A DNA stretch of 64,000 bases from Mobula hypostoma (Eukaryota): contig NC_086117.1 of NCBI RefSeq assembly GCF_963921235.1, forward strand, positions 27,280,001 through 27,344,000. The letters run 5' to 3'. Positions 47,744-62,774 of the stretch are shown here, one piece after another (within the stretch, counting starts at the first letter, position 1; every line of letters begins with the position of its first letter). Both the position numbers and the translations under genes were made by a program. A model generated the notes under the pieces. That model worked only from the letters and a program-made list of their open reading frames with translations. It had not been told where the DNA came from and did no database searches.

Positions 47744-50128
47744 AAGGGAAGAAGAGTCCGTGGTGGTGGGCAGGCTGTAACATGACAAGAATGTGTTGGA
47801 TTTGGGGAGAGGCAGCTGGAGCGACGATCACTATTGCACTGGTGTATTAAGGCCTGATACCATGGTCGATGATACATAAGCTTCAGGACAAGCAGGTCGT
47901 GCATATTTAACAAGAAGTTTTTCTATAATTCAATAGGGTAATTGGATCCAAAAGTGTACAGAGAAAAGTTAGATGGATTTTGCCATCTAGATAGGAAAGA
48001 TTTCTCCTTTCTTTCTTAAGCCTTTTTGAGTTCTGTAACCCAGATTAAAAGTATTGAACATTTTTCTTGTTATTTGGTGAATTAAGTAGAATATGCAATG
48101 CATGCCGCGTGAGCTTGTCTGTGCTTGAGACTCGTATTCTCCCTACATTGCCGTGCTGGCATATTCCTTCCTCATGAACTTACTTAATTTCCCCTTAAAA
48201 GAAGCCAGTCTTGCAGGTCCTGAAATCATGTTATACCTCCGTGAGATTTGTCTCCTATCAGGCAGCCACGGATCAAAGAAACCCAGAAGAACCTATTTTT
48301 AAAGAAAAGAAGACTGTCGAACCCCAATGGAAAGAGGAGAAAAAAGGCGCAAACAAATAGCGTTCTGCGCTGAAGTCCAGAAAGAGAGTCCAAGACGCAT
48401 GGTTCAGCGCAGAGCAGATTAAACGACACAGAGCTGTCAGCCCATCTCTCTCCTCAGTCCCCAGCACCCTGACCTCGGTGCCTAATCATCGTCCAAACAT
48501 TGGGCTCAGTCGCTTTGATGCGCTCTGGGGCTTGGACCCCGTCTCCTCGGTTTGGCCTGTTCCCGACCTTTTCAGATTCGGCCCAGCACTTAAATTGTTC
48601 GATTGTCGGGTCTCTCTGGCTCTCGGTGATGGGCCTGCTGCCTCGCCTTGGTTCTGTCACATTGAATTGCCTCCAAGTCCAGGCTATTGCTTGCAATGAT
48701 CGTTTGGCAGAGAAAGATTAACAAAGTATTTAACTGTTTTCTCAGCACCATCCTAAATGGCAAAATTCAAGGAGGCACTTTCTTTCAGTGTGGCCATGGT
48801 GTAATGTGGCTAATGCAGCAGTTAAACAACATGCAGTGGGAGTTCAGGTGGGTTGGTTAGTGAGAGGTTTGTGGTGTCCTGAGCAACTGGGAAAACTCCA
48901 ACAGAACCAATGGATTTTTAATGTCCAACAGTTAAATCCACTGAAATGACTCCAAGTGTAGAGTTACAAATTTCACCACTCCAAGCAGGTACTGGTATTG
49001 ATTTAGTAAAGATGGTACTGGATGAATTCTCAGGTTCCCCTCACACTGCAGTGATTGGTTATACTTCATATTTGTTATGGACATTGCCCATAAATGCACT
49101 GGGTAGTAGACAAGAATTACCACACTGGACTATCCATAACCCCTACAGAACTGCCGGTAACAGCTTCGCCTTGCCTGTGTTTTCTTTGCCCATCAAAGAC
49201 CAGCCGTTGGACATGCTTGCTCTCTGCAGTGTCTCTGCATATGTGGCTTCAGTTATCGCAGAGCTCTGCCCCTCCCTCTCTCCCAGATCCTTTTTGTGGA
49301 AGAAGATTGACCGAGGATAATTCAGCATGTTTTGTATGTGGCAGCAGAGTGTGACGCACTTGTCTATTTCCCAATCACCGTGTGACATCTTCATTATGGT
49401 ATTGCTACAAATATGATCGCTTCTCATTTTAATCTTGGGATCAGATGGCAGCATCAACACATCCAGATGGGATCTGATCTGTTTCTTTCCAACTGTGAAA
49501 CTTGTGATCCAGGCCATGACTGAGGGGGGCGATGCTGGAGCTGCCAGAGATGATAAAAGCAGGTTGAAGGCTGAGTGAGTACTTTCTGGTTTTAAGGTTG
49601 TGTAAGAAAGGCAGAGTGCATCTGTTAAATACTGTTTCTTACCTCAGAGGCTCACATTTCAACCAGTGGTGAACTTGTGATGTGTTTGCACTGCTCAGAG
49701 GAAAGGTTGCGGCTAATTTGCAAATACCAATCGCTCACAAATGGCAAACCGTATGTGAAGGTGGTCGAAAGCTGTGCAGAAGAAATGCTCCTCTTCGTGA
49801 TAATGTGGTGGAAGTTTTTGCATCTGCCAGTGAAGCAGACAGGGTTGTAATTTAAGGTCCCTTCTGTATGAGCTCACCTCTAATGATGTACCCGTGTTAT
49901 GGGGCATCTGTGGCATTTGAGCCCGCAACCTTCTGTCGCTGAGTCAGGGGGTCGGGGGTCATGCACGGAGTTGGAGCAAAGCTTTCTGTGGTGCGTCTTA
50001 AACTGGGCACAACTGAGAGGAAAATGTAAAGAATATTCGCATTTGGAGATGACGTAATCCGATAAAGTTCAGTGTGCACCAGTTGTATTTGGCTGTTGGA
50101 TCTGTTTTGTAATTCCAGTCACAACTGA

Positions 50129-50230
<102 letters not shown>

Positions 50231-51214
50231 TAAGTACCTGCAAACAGCAGGTGTGATTGACATACTTCGAAGACTTTGTGTTGGGAATGGGGGTCATTTT
50301 TGAACTTGTTTTAACCCCTCCTCTCCCCCCCCCGTGGGAAACCATCGATCAGATTGGTCAACTTGGTCTCTACTCTCGTTAATGAAAAATCAGTCAGTGT
50401 GCCAAAGGGCAAAATCGAAGTTCTCCAGTCCCTGCTTCAGAAACTGGGCTCTTGTGGTCCCTCTCTCTCTACATTATACTCACTTGACTAAACCATTGGT
50501 TTCACTTTCTTCTACACCATCTTTCAATCCTGAGCCTTATCCCCCGGCCCCGTCTGCCATCTGAATTTACAGTTAGAAAACATTTAAAAATAATACATAC
50601 AAAAGAGCCCAGAAGTGTTTGTTTTGTACATTGTAGATGTGTCCTTTTAATAGTTTGCCTGAGTTTTGTTTGAGCCCTGTGTCTCTTTTGCACAGAGGAA
50701 ATTTTTAATGTAATGTCTTGCCGAAGTGTATTGCCTCGAGTATCTTAGATTGATTTCCCCATCAGGGTAAAGGTGATGTGTTGCAGAAATGTTTGACACG
50801 TACCTGTATTGAAATCTGTCATCACCCAATGCACAAGATGTGTAAAGATCACGTAACTGCATTAGAGACCTGCCTATCCTAGCTGCAAGAACAGGAAAGG
50901 TGAATAAAGGCCACCCAGGCCTTTCAGTATTCTGACTGCCCTAGCTATATTTGAATGAATATTGCATTCTGTGTGCTGAATTAGGTCAAGTGTTTCACAC
51001 ACTTTGATTATAGACTTGCTCTTATTTTCTGCATTACATTGAAACAGACCATTCATCCAACGTACATGTGACATTCCGCACGAGTATGGCCCATCCTTAA
51101 GCTCGTTTATTATCATATTCACTTGTTCCTTTCTCCATTACATAGCTAGCTTCTCTGCCCTGCCACCTGGGGCATTTTCTCAATTATTCCTTTCTAAATA
51201 CATCATATATTTTG

Positions 51215-51932
<718 letters not shown>

Positions 51933-53004
51933 TAAGTGCACAGTGATCCTTGAGGAGGTTAGTATTGCTCAGTGCTGCTCGAGTTCTTTATTGTGTGATC
52001 AGTGAGCACAGATTATTACTCTCTGGGTGATGTATTGGTGCATGGTGGTTTCAGGAAGATAGCTGGCAGGGGCCATGGAGATTGCCATGGGCAGGGTTAC
52101 ATTTCAACTTTTTGCCAATTGCATTTACATAACCTGACAATATGCAGTCTTGTTCACAAGTGGCTCAGGAATCTGCTGAAGGGACTGAGGTGATCGGCTT
52201 TCTTGATCTTACTATAAATTTTGTGCTGTCTGCAAATTTAGAAATTGTGACATCTGCCTCCATTTCTGGGTCATATAGATGAAAAAGGTAAAGACCCCTT
52301 TTGTCAAAAGATCAAAAAGTAAAGATCTCAGGGAATAGTGCATACTCAAAGCCTATGTGTTGTACCAAGTCCTTGAGGAACTTTATTAGCCTTTATTGGG
52401 TGTGGAAAGTAAATAACCATCATGATCCACCTCTCTTATCAATTATTTATCCAGCTTTGTTCCATGTGCTTTGCCCTTGTGGGTAAATTTGTTTTGTATG
52501 ATACATTTCAGAACATTCTGGAAATCCATGCACACCGCATTGCCTGTATACCCCCCTCATCAATTCTGTCATTATCTTTTGAAACTGGTTAAATTCAATT
52601 TGCCCTTAACAATCTGTGCTGGCTTCCCTAAACTCTTTTCCCTTGGGTTCCTGTTCCAGATCACTGTGTTTAAAAGCTTCCCCACCACAGGGGTTCCCTG
52701 TAGTTGCCAGGCTTACCCAGATCAAGGGAATTCAGTTGCTTTTCTACTTAGACCCATGTCTAAAGAATCCACTCCTTATCCCCCCACTGATCACCACAAC
52801 TTATTTGAAATGAGAAGCTAACTTGATTTCCCTTTCGTAATTTAGATAAGCGTTTCATACATGAACCATCAAAGTTTCTCTTTCCACAGATGCTGCCTGA
52901 CCCTCTAAATGTTCCCACCACTTTATATTTTCAATATTCTAGCACTTACAGTTTGTTTTTGATTTTCAAAACGTATCTTTGGATGTGTTAAAGATTTCCC
53001 TTGA

Positions 53005-53178
<174 letters not shown>

Positions 53179-53344
53179 TGAGTTTGATTTGTGTTTGATC
53201 CTTATTTAAGGACAGATTGGAAATGATTGGAACAGGATTGAGGTGACTGTAATTCTAAAATGACTTGGTACAGTCTCATGCCTGCTATTTTTTCTTTTAA
53301 AGATTGGAGTGTAGCACAATGGGTGTAGTTGATTAACATTATTG

Positions 53345-54440
53345 CTGAGTTTATTTGGACTTTTGGAAGGCCTTTGACAAGGTGCCACATGTGAGGCTGC
53401 TTACCAAGAGCCCATGGTATTACAGGAAATTTACTAGCATGCTTAGAGCATTGGCTGATTGATAGGAGGCAGTGAGTGGGAATAAAAGGATCTTTTTCTG
53501 GTTGGCTGCCAGTGACTAGTGGTGTTCCGCGGGGGCCACTTCTTTTTATGCTCTATATCAATGATTGAGATGATGGAATAGATGGCTTTGTTGCCAAGTT
53601 TGTGGAAGATTGTCGGAGGGGCCGGTGATGTTGAGGAAACAGGTAGGCTGCAGAAGAACTTGGGTAGATTGGGAGAATGGGCAAGAGTGGCAAATTAAAT
53701 ACAATGTTGGAAAATGCATGGTCATGCACTTTGGTAGTAGAAATAAATGAGGAGACTATTTTATAAATGGGGAGAAAATCCAAAAATCTGAGATGCAAAA
53801 GGAGTTGGAAATCCTTGTGCAGAACACCCTAAAGGTTAACTTGCAGGTAGAGTCGGTGGTGAGGAAGGCAGATGCAGTATTTGCGATCATTTCAAGAGAA
53901 CTAGAATACAAGATTAGGGATGTGATGCTACAGCTTCATAAAGCGCTGGTGAGGCATCACCTATAGTATTGTGAATGGGTTTGGGCCCCTCATCTAAGAA
54001 AGATGTGCTGGCATTGGAGAGGGTCCAGAGGAGGTTCACTAGGATGATTCCGGGAATGAAAGGGTTATCATTTGAGAAACGTTTGATAGCTCTGGGTCTG
54101 TACTCGCTGGAATTTAGAAGGATGGGCGGGGGGAATCTCTTCGAAATCCTTTGAATGTTGAAAGGCCTAGACAGAGTAGATGTGGAAAGGATGTTTCCCA
54201 TGGTGGGGGAGTCTTGGACAAGAGGACACAGCCTCAGGATAGAAGGGTGTCCATTTAAAGCAGGTGCGAACAGATTTCTTTAGGCAAAGGGTGGTGAGTT
54301 TGTGGAATTTGTTACCACAGGCAGCTGTGGAGGCCAGGTCGTTGGGTGTATTAAAGGCAGAGATTGATAGGTTCTTGATTGGACACGGCATCAAAGGTTA
54401 TGGGGAGAAGGCCAGAGAATGGGGTTGAAAGGGATAAAAG
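53345..54440 (+). mobile_element. Degraded CR1 ORF2/3' fragment; similar fragments at about 58640-59460 and 63300-64000
   Basis: LDF.KAFDKV, WQ..YNVGKC.VMHFG and FFRQRVV..WN motifs with stops. Confidence 0.87.
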
Positions 54441-54773
54441 CTAGCGGGACTTTGAGTAAACAAGGGCAGACTTTTCCTGGTGGCAATTATACCACAGCCA
54501 GAAGACCCCTTTAATGATTGGTTCAAGAACCAGAAGTGAGATGAGAGGAACAAATGTTTCGCTGTAACAGTTGGTTAGGATTTTTCATAATGTGGTTGGG
54601 TACAGATTCAATCAACTGTCAAAAATTGGATAAATATTTAACGTAGAGGAAAGAAGAATGCATGGCTACATTTCATGTTAGAGTTGTCTGTTATTAGACC
54701 TGTGTTTTCTAATGGTGCCTTCCTCTCCTTCCTCACCCGCATATGCTCTCTCCACCCCGCCCAAACCATGAAG

Positions 54774-54870
54774 GGGCGATGCTATTTCGTACGCCAGGCT
54801 CAAGGACAGGAAAATGGCTGATGAGGAAAACTTGACGGGGACTGTCACCAATGAGATGGCGATGCAGTAA
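54774..54870 (+). CDS. CACFD1: CACFD1 exon 5 (last coding); total protein 181 aa
   Basis: atgaag|G [26 protein letters not shown]..MQ* vs human [21 protein letters not shown]; exon total 546 nt. Confidence 0.93.
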
Positions 54871-57030
54871 AAGATACCGACTCGGTTTACCTCATTCGAC
54901 TACAGATCAACAGACCAGCAGAACTTTATATTTATACACAGTACATCCAATTTATACACTGCAGAGAGAGTCAGCTCCCATGGGCTCTTGGTTTGATGTG
55001 CAATTGATTCTTCAAAAGAATAGAATTTCTTTGCTCTTTTTAATAATGTAATTTTTATACCTTTGATTCATTTATGGGGAGGTTGATTTCAAGCTTTGTT
55101 GAAACCTGTTACTGACTAAATCACAGGAGTTTGACAGCTTGTTGGTACTTGTGATTATAATTCAAATTATGTTGACTGCCTTGAGATAGCTGGTTTGAAT
55201 GCAGCCCAGCAGTTGCGGCGGGGGGCAGTGCTCCATCCATTGTGATTGCTAGATCACAACATTAATGGGGTTCAGATCATTTCTCAATAGTACTGTTAGT
55301 TTATAAACTACAGTTTAATACAAAACCGCCTTTTGCTGTTTAAATCCAGGCTTTTGTTTTGGATTTTCCTTCATTGGAAATGTTATGTACTGTAAATCAC
55401 ATCAACAATGTTTTCTAAAGTAGAGTTCACTCACACTGTTGGCATAATTGCCTCGTGTTCCAACTCCCCTCATACAGAATTTGCATCTTCTAGAACTTGG
55501 GTGAACTCCACAATGATGGGAGTAGTTGCACAATAATCCTTGCATCCATCTCCCTCACTCTCAGTTTTTGAAGATATTGATGACTGTCTGTACTGGTGCT
55601 GTTTGTACAGAGTCGAAGGTTTCATCTCCTTTTGCTAGTTCCCATCCTGCTCTCGTCATCATATGTTCCATCACTAAATCTTCCCTACCCTTGTCTTGTC
55701 TATCTTTCAGGAGTTGCCTTAGCAACTGATACTCGGCAGATTTTCTCTTGTTTGTGATTGACTCACTACAGTTCTCATAAAGGGTGATTGGGCTGTCTCA
55801 TAGGTGTTGCCTAGCCTACTAGATATTGCTGTCATTTTCTGTTTGTTTCAGGATTGCAGCATCTACAGTATTTAATTCCTGAAATTAGTGCTTCTTAGAG
55901 GAAAATGTTAATTTCCTGGTCACATGACTTGCGGAAGTTTATGGGGAGGTCCTACTGTGACTGTGTAAGGATCCCATGTAATTCACAGTTAGGCTATTCA
56001 GTCCGTGGTCACAAAATCCTATGTATGCTGCCATCTCCATCTGGAGTATTGTTGGACGCTGTTGTACAGAAAAGGAGAAACACACACATGATCTTTAGAA
56101 AGCTGACGGGGTTCCTGCTGGGAAAAGCAAACAAATTCTTATCCAGAGAGGATTTGGTTTGGCTGTGACACTGCCCACAGTACAACAGCTGAAATGCCGT
56201 CCCTTTTGAGATAGTGGCCAACTGAGTGAAGTACAGGACTTGGGAGTAAACATTTTTAGGAGAGAAAAGTAAAGTAGTTTTGAAACAAGCTTTGTTTTTG
56301 ATTCATTCATTCTGTAACTCTGGATTATGTGTGCTAAAGAATGTCTGTTAAACTTTTACCTGGGACAAGACAGAGCCTGACTCAGTACAGACAGGTAAAG
56401 CTTTTAAGGGAATTCTTCAGCTCCTCCATGACACAACTGGTAACAAAAGTTGTTCAACATTGAGTGACTTTGTTGCACACATCTGTTCTGCACTGGATGT
56501 CAATAGTTCATCCAGACTCGCCACTAGGTGCTAACGCTGCCGCATATCCCTTTGAAACAAAGAGCAATACTGCATGGATACAGGTTTTTTGGCCCAACCT
56601 CGATGCTCACCAGGCTGCTCCCAATTTCCTGCAATTGGCCCAATTTTCACCCTTTCATCTACCTGTCCAAGTGCTTCTTAAATGATACTGTTGTACCTTG
56701 GTGTCTACCTGAAACTGTAGGAATTTTGTTTTGCGTCAGCCATAAGCCCTCTAGAGTAGATATTACTGTCTGTTTTGTGAATTTCTTCTAGTCTCTAGAT
56801 CTCTTGGTCAATAATCTCAGGACTACTGAGAGTCATCTATTGTGTCCTCTTTCACTAGTTTAAAAAAAACAAACATATTTCTCAAAAACAAAGGGAAAAA
56901 CTTAACAAGCAGCTTTGTGCTGTACTCTCCTGAGCTCCCTTTCTTGGCTGTTTTGTATTATGGAGCTCAATATCGCACATGTTCCTTCAACCCGAGCCTT
57001 CGTTTTCTGGAGACTCGTCACTTTTTGTTT

Positions 57031-57526
57031 CACTCAGTGGCCACTTTATTAGGAACACCTGTACACCTCGTTAATACGATATCCAGTCAGCCAGTCATGT
57101 GGCAACAATTCAATGCATAAGAGCATGCAGACATGGTCAAGCAGTTTAGTCGTTGTTCAGATCAAACATCAGAACGGGGAAGAAACTTGATCCAAGTGAC
57201 TTTGACCATGGAATGACTGTTGGTGCCAGACAGGGTGGTTTGAGTAAGATCAGCAGTTTCTGACAGGGGTTTTCATGCACAGCAGTCTCTAGAGATTACA
57301 GGGAATGGTGTGGAAAACATCCAGTTAGTGAGGGTTCTGGTTCAAAAATGCCTTGTTAATGAGAGGGGAGAAGCGAATGGTCAAGCTGACAGGAAGGTGT
57401 CAATAACTCAAATGACCATGTGTTGCAACAGTGGTGTGCAGCAGGGCTTCTCTGAACGCACAACACGTCAAACCTTGAAGACCACACGGGTTCCAGTCCT
57501 GTAGCTGATAAAGTGGCCACCGAGTG
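57031..57526. mobile_element. Tc1/mariner non-autonomous element in the putative CACFD1 3' UTR
   Basis: TIRs CACTCAGTGGCCACTTTAT / ATAAAGTGGCCACCGAGTG|TA. Confidence 0.82.
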
Positions 57527-58140
57527 TACACTGTAATCTTTGAGACGAGTCCTCCATACTGACTGCATACTGTCCTTTAGCAGAGCTGTGGGCACTGACC
57601 TCGATTGTTGCTAATTATCCTTTCTGGCTGGGAGGGTCAAATGTGATATTTATTGTTGCCTGATGAACCACTGCCAGATTCACACCTTAGTTTTTAGTGT
57701 ACTAATTCTTCTGAGCATCACATTTCTCATTATCAAAGATGGTCATGACTTTAGACCAGGCCATTTCAGAATGATTTGAAGTTGCATCTCTAGTTTTGGC
57801 CAATTCATGGTCCCCTGAGGAGAGGATAAAATGAGCCAGTATCCCTATTTCAACTCCTCAACACTGCATATATTCCTTTCAGCTAGGGAATGCATGCCTT
57901 CCAAAGGTGATACTTACCTCAATCCATTTCAGCCTTGGGTAATGGAGAAGGGAATATTGGCCAGCTGAGTAATAATGTATTGGACTTGGTCACACTCTGG
58001 CTCTGCAGTAATTGGAAATGGATTAGAAATTGTTGCACATTTTAGTTTGTATTGGCATTGTTTACTTGGTATGTGTCTATTTAAATTTAAATGCAATGGA
58101 TATTTTATACATTTTGTCCATTTCTGACCATTTACTGTGA

Positions 58141-58146
58141 AATAAA
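58141..58146 (+). terminator. Candidate CACFD1 poly(A) signal
   Basis: AATAAA after a U-rich stretch with U/GU-rich sequence downstream. Confidence 0.6.
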
Positions 58147-59902
58147 AGATTTTACTGCGCTATTTTTGAAGTGTTCTAGCTGCACAGCACAGACACAGGC
58201 TCTTCAATCTACTGTGTTGCTGCTGGCCATCTATACAGACCAGCACTTGGTCCGTAAACTCCGTAAGGTGGTGATTGAAGTGCTAAGTGTAGTTGATCTC
58301 CGACACCTTTGCAGAGAGTACATTCCAGATTGCAGCTCTCCCACGTGAAAAAGAAAATCTATAGATTGCCTCTAACCTCAGCTCTTGTGTTGGTCTCTAT
58401 TCTCCTCAACTCTTGTGTTGGTCCCTATTCTGTGGAGGAGAGCTGCTCACTGTCCAGACATTCTGTTCACTTATAATTTACTCAACTTTCTCTGCTCTAA
58501 GAAAAACATCCAGTTTAACCAAGATTTTCTTCATACCGGAAATGGAGCATCCTGGTTTGTGTTGTGGCTTTTATTCTCACAGAAACATCTGCGTGATGCT
58601 AACCTCCCCAGTGTAATCATATCCTTGTTACAGTGTGGTGACCCAGGGTGTCCACAGAAAGACTTGGACAGATGAGAATGGGCAAAGGAATGCCAGTTGG
58701 AAATAGTGTGGACAAGTGTATGGTCATGCACTTTGGGAGAAGGAATGAAGATGTAGACTATTTTCTAAACGGGAAGGAAATTCAGAAATCAGAGGTGCAG
58801 CACGATTTGGAAGTCCTCGAGCAGGATTCTCTAAAAATTAACTTGCCGGCTGAGTCGGTGGTGAGGAAGGCAAATGCAATGTTAGCATTCATTTCAAGAG
58901 GACTGGAATATAAAAGCAGGAATGTAATGCTGAGGTTTTAGAAGTCATTGGTCAGACCTCACTTGGAGTACTGAGAACAGTTTTGGACCCCTTTCTAAGA
59001 AAGGATGTTCTAGCACTGCAGAGGGTTTAGAGGAGGTTCACAAGAATGTTCCTGAGAATGAAAGGCTTCATGTAGAGGAGCATCTGATGGCTATGGGCCT
59101 GTATTCAGGGGAGTTTAGAAGAATGAGGGAAGATTTCATTGAAACCTATCAAATAAAGGCCTAGATATAGAAGATGTTTCTTGTAATGGTGGATTCCAGG
59201 ACCAGGGGGCACAGATTATCCGTTTAGAACCAAGATGAGGAGGAATTTCTATAGCCAGAGGGTGGTGAATCTATGGAATTCATTGCTGCAGACAGCTGAA
59301 TATATTTCAACATAATCAGATCATTGAGTCTGTTTAAAGCAGAGGTTGATATGATCTTCATTAATAAGGGTGAAGACAGGAGAATGGGGTTGGGAGGGAT
59401 AATAAATGGCAGAGCAGACCCAATGGCTAGAATGGTCTATTACTGCTCCTGTGTCTTCTGGACCAGAACAGTGCACAATGCTCCAGCTCTGGCATAACCA
59501 ATGTTTTATAAACATAGGTAACCTCCAGGCAGTTATCTTCCTTTTCCCTGGATAATGAAGGCTATTGTTCTGGACTTTGAAAGTACATTTCAGCATCATA
59601 GAAGCTCAAGTATATAGAAAAAGTCAAAAGTCCTAGATCATCACAACATAGAAAGAGGCCCTACAGCCCATCTAGTCTGTGCTAGCCTATTTTTCTGCCT
59701 GGTCACATCTACCTGCACCTAAACCATAGCCCTCTCATCTACTAATTAATAAATCAATTATGCATTATGTGAAAGAGCTGATTGACCACAACTTCTTCTC
59801 ATGCTTGTAGTGTGCTGTGGTATTTCACATGCTGAATGCCACCCATCAAGTACCTTGAATAATAAGGACATATGTTGGCTTTCAATTACTAATTTCAAAT
59901 AC

Positions 59903-59928
59903 TTTATTTATCAATAATTCATTTTATT
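59903..59928 (-). terminator. Candidate SLC2A6 poly(A) signals
   Basis: Two minus-strand AATAAA (TTTATT at 59903-59908 and 59923-59928), about 630 nt past the stop. Confidence 0.55.
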
Positions 59929-60558
59929 ACAAACAAATGAAATGCACATAGATTTACCCAGTACATTTCTACACTCTGGATGTGTCTGTGGGTGAATTAC
60001 CCATCTTTTGTTTCAGCACCTCTTTTTAAAAGATTTTTCTTTTAAAAGGTTAGCTTGATTTATTACATGTATGTCAAAACATACAGCAAAATAAATTTGT
60101 TTCATTAAATTGAATCAGCAAGGACTGTGACATGTTTGCAATGTCGCCATGCTCCCAGCATCAGCATTGCACACATATAAAGTACTGAAGTATGGGGAAA
60201 TGTTTTTCCCAGTCTTCACGTTCGTCACCTTCAGAGGCTGCGAACTCTCAGCAGAGTATATCCCAATGCTACCTTCATTGGAAGTCTGACTGAATGAGCA
60301 CGGGGGGGGGGGGGGGAGCTTTATCTGACCCATGCTGTAGCTCCACTGGCAGAGCCTGAGAAACACAGTAAGAGAAGGTTTTGCTCTGTATCTAACCTGC
60401 AAATGCGACAGTCCTGCAGGTAATGTGTGGAGATGCCCCTACACCAAACACCCTTGCACAACAGCAGGTGACGAAGAAAAGGCAAAGAAGAATTTTAGTT
60501 CAGGACTGGTTTGCTCTCAGAAGGGATGAAGAAAATAAGAGTTTAATGCTGCATAATT

Positions 60559-60756
60559 TTAACTTCCAGCTCTCCTACGTCCAGATTCCACACAACTGTT
60601 GTCATTGTTAGGGGAATCCTTCAGGTTCCGGAACTCTCTCTCAAGTTGCTCCAAGGTTTTCCCTTTGGTTTCAGGAATGCAGAAAGCAGTAAATATTATA
60701 GCGAATATGGATATCACACAGAAGAAAAAGAAGGGTACAGAGAGTCCAAAGGATTT
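60559..60756 (-). CDS. SLC2A6: SLC2A6 (GLUT6) last coding exon (not in ORF track)
   Basis: ttttcag|AAA; KSFGLSVPFFFFCVISIFAIIFTAFCIPETKGKTLEQLEREF..GS*; PETKG sugar-porter motif; synteny favours SLC2A6 over SLC2A8. Confidence 0.92.
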   Translation of the reverse strand, partial: KSFGLSVPFFFFCVISIFAIIFTAFCIPETKGKTLEQLEREFRNLKDSPNNDNSCVESGRRRAGS

Positions 60757-60989
60757 CTGAAAAAGAGTAGTTTTCAGTTAACTTTCAAAGTTCAAAGTAA
60801 ATTTATTATCTAAGTCGTATGTCACCAAATGCAACCCAGAGATTCATTTTCTTGTGGGCATACTCAGTAAATCCATAATAGAGTACAGTCGCATCAACTT
60901 GAGCCTTCAACTAGTGTGCAAAAGACAACAAACCGTGCAAGACAAAAAGAAAGAAATAATAATACTAAATAAATAAGCAAAAATATCAA

Positions 60990-61125
60990 GACAAGAAAAA
61001 AGTCTTCAGATGCTGGAAATCCAAGCAACACACAGAAGATGCTGGAGGAGTTCAGCAGGCCAGCCAGCATGTATGGGAAAGAGAACGGTAGATGTTTCGG
61101 GCCGAGACCCTTCAGCAGGACTGAT
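60990..61125 (-). mobile_element. Penelope-like 3' end with hammerhead motif (61086-61123)
   Basis: Minus strand CAGTC-CTGCTGA-AGGGTCTCGGCCC-GAAACATC. Confidence 0.78.
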
Positions 61126-62774
61126 TGCCTTGGACTTTCAGGAGGATTTGGTAAGGAGCCACACAGTAGTTCAAACAAAATTCATTAATCCTCTATGATC
61201 TAGTTAACAAAAGAGAATTGTAGGGACAACAGGCTGATTTAGGGTAAGGTGGCTGTGTCTCAAGGGCTAGCACAGTGTTATATGTAATTATGCCTGGGGA
61301 GAACTGTTGACATTTCATTGCATTTGTCCCTCAAATCAATCTGACGAAGCTTTGTTTCATTCCTTCTATTGCAAGATTATTCTTCCTTAAATAGAGAGAC
61401 TGGATCTTTCCTAAAGTTGTGGGCGAGTTCACCCTGGGCTCTGTATGGCTGCAGTAAAATGTCTTCACTATCATGTGGGACTAGGTGTTCTATGACCAAG
61501 TTTGCTGTTAATACAAAGCAGGGTGACGATCTGAGTTTGAGGACAATGCAGTGAGGCTTTAAGGGTATATGGACAGGCTAAGTCAATGGGTAAGGATATG
61601 CCAGATGTGATATATTGTGGCAAAATTTTGAAGTGATTTTCTTTAGTAGGGAAAGTAGATATTGTGCTAAATGGTGAAAGGTTGAAAACTGTTGTTGTTC
61701 AAAGTTCAAACTCAGATGATCAAAGCGTGTATGCTACCTGCAGATTCATTTTCTTTTAGGCATTTAAAGAAAAATAAAGAAATGTGATAGGATTTATGAA
61801 CAACTATAAATAACAAAGACAGACAAACAACTAATGTGAAAAAGAAGATAGATTGTGCAAATAGTTTTCAAAAGTGATTAAATAACACTGAATTGTAGAA
61901 TGCTTGAAAGTGAGTCTCTAGTTTGTGAAGTCAGAGCGATCTCAATGTTCCTGCACAGAAACATATGAAGTCCAAACTGCAGGAACATCCAGCAAATAGG
62001 AAGGCAAATGCTATATTGGCCTTTCTTGCAAGAGCATCTGAGAGCCTGCAGTGAAGACACATTACTGCAGTCATTCAGAGCCCTGATGTGACCACTCCTA
62101 CAACTTCATGGACAGATCCAGTCTCTCTACTAAAGGTAGAATAAACTTGCAACAGAGGGAATGAAACAACAGTTTGTAAAGTTGATTCCAGAGACAAAAA
62201 CCCATTGAAATGAATAAAATTCATGCCAGGTTTGCCAGGCAGGCATGTTGAGATAATGCAGTGGTTAGCACAACACTTTACAGTACCAGGGACCCGGGTT
62301 CAACTCCCATCACTGTCTGTAAGGAGTTTGTACGTTCCCCCGTGACCATGTGGGTTTCCTCCGGGTGCTCGGTTTCCTCCAATAGTCCAAAGACCAACCG
62401 GTTGGTAGATTATTTGGTCATTGTAAATTGTGCAGTGATTAAATTGGGGATTTCTGGGCTGCACAGCTCAAAGGGCTGGAAGGACTTTTTCTGCACTGAA
62501 TCTCAATAAATAAATAAATAAACAAACAAAACCAGGGGTCACACCCTAAGATAAGGGAATGGCCATTTACGACTGGGAAGAGAAGATATTTTCTCATGCA
62601 GCAAGTGAGTTGTGCGGGCTGTCACTAATCAAGCTTGGAAGATTTTTGGATATTCAGAGGATCGAGGTACTGTATATGGACTTTTTCCTATGGTCAGGAG
62701 ACAAAACGTATCCCAGAAACCCATGAAATGCAAGAGAAAGTGAATTCTTCATGGTTACATTAGGACAAACAAAC

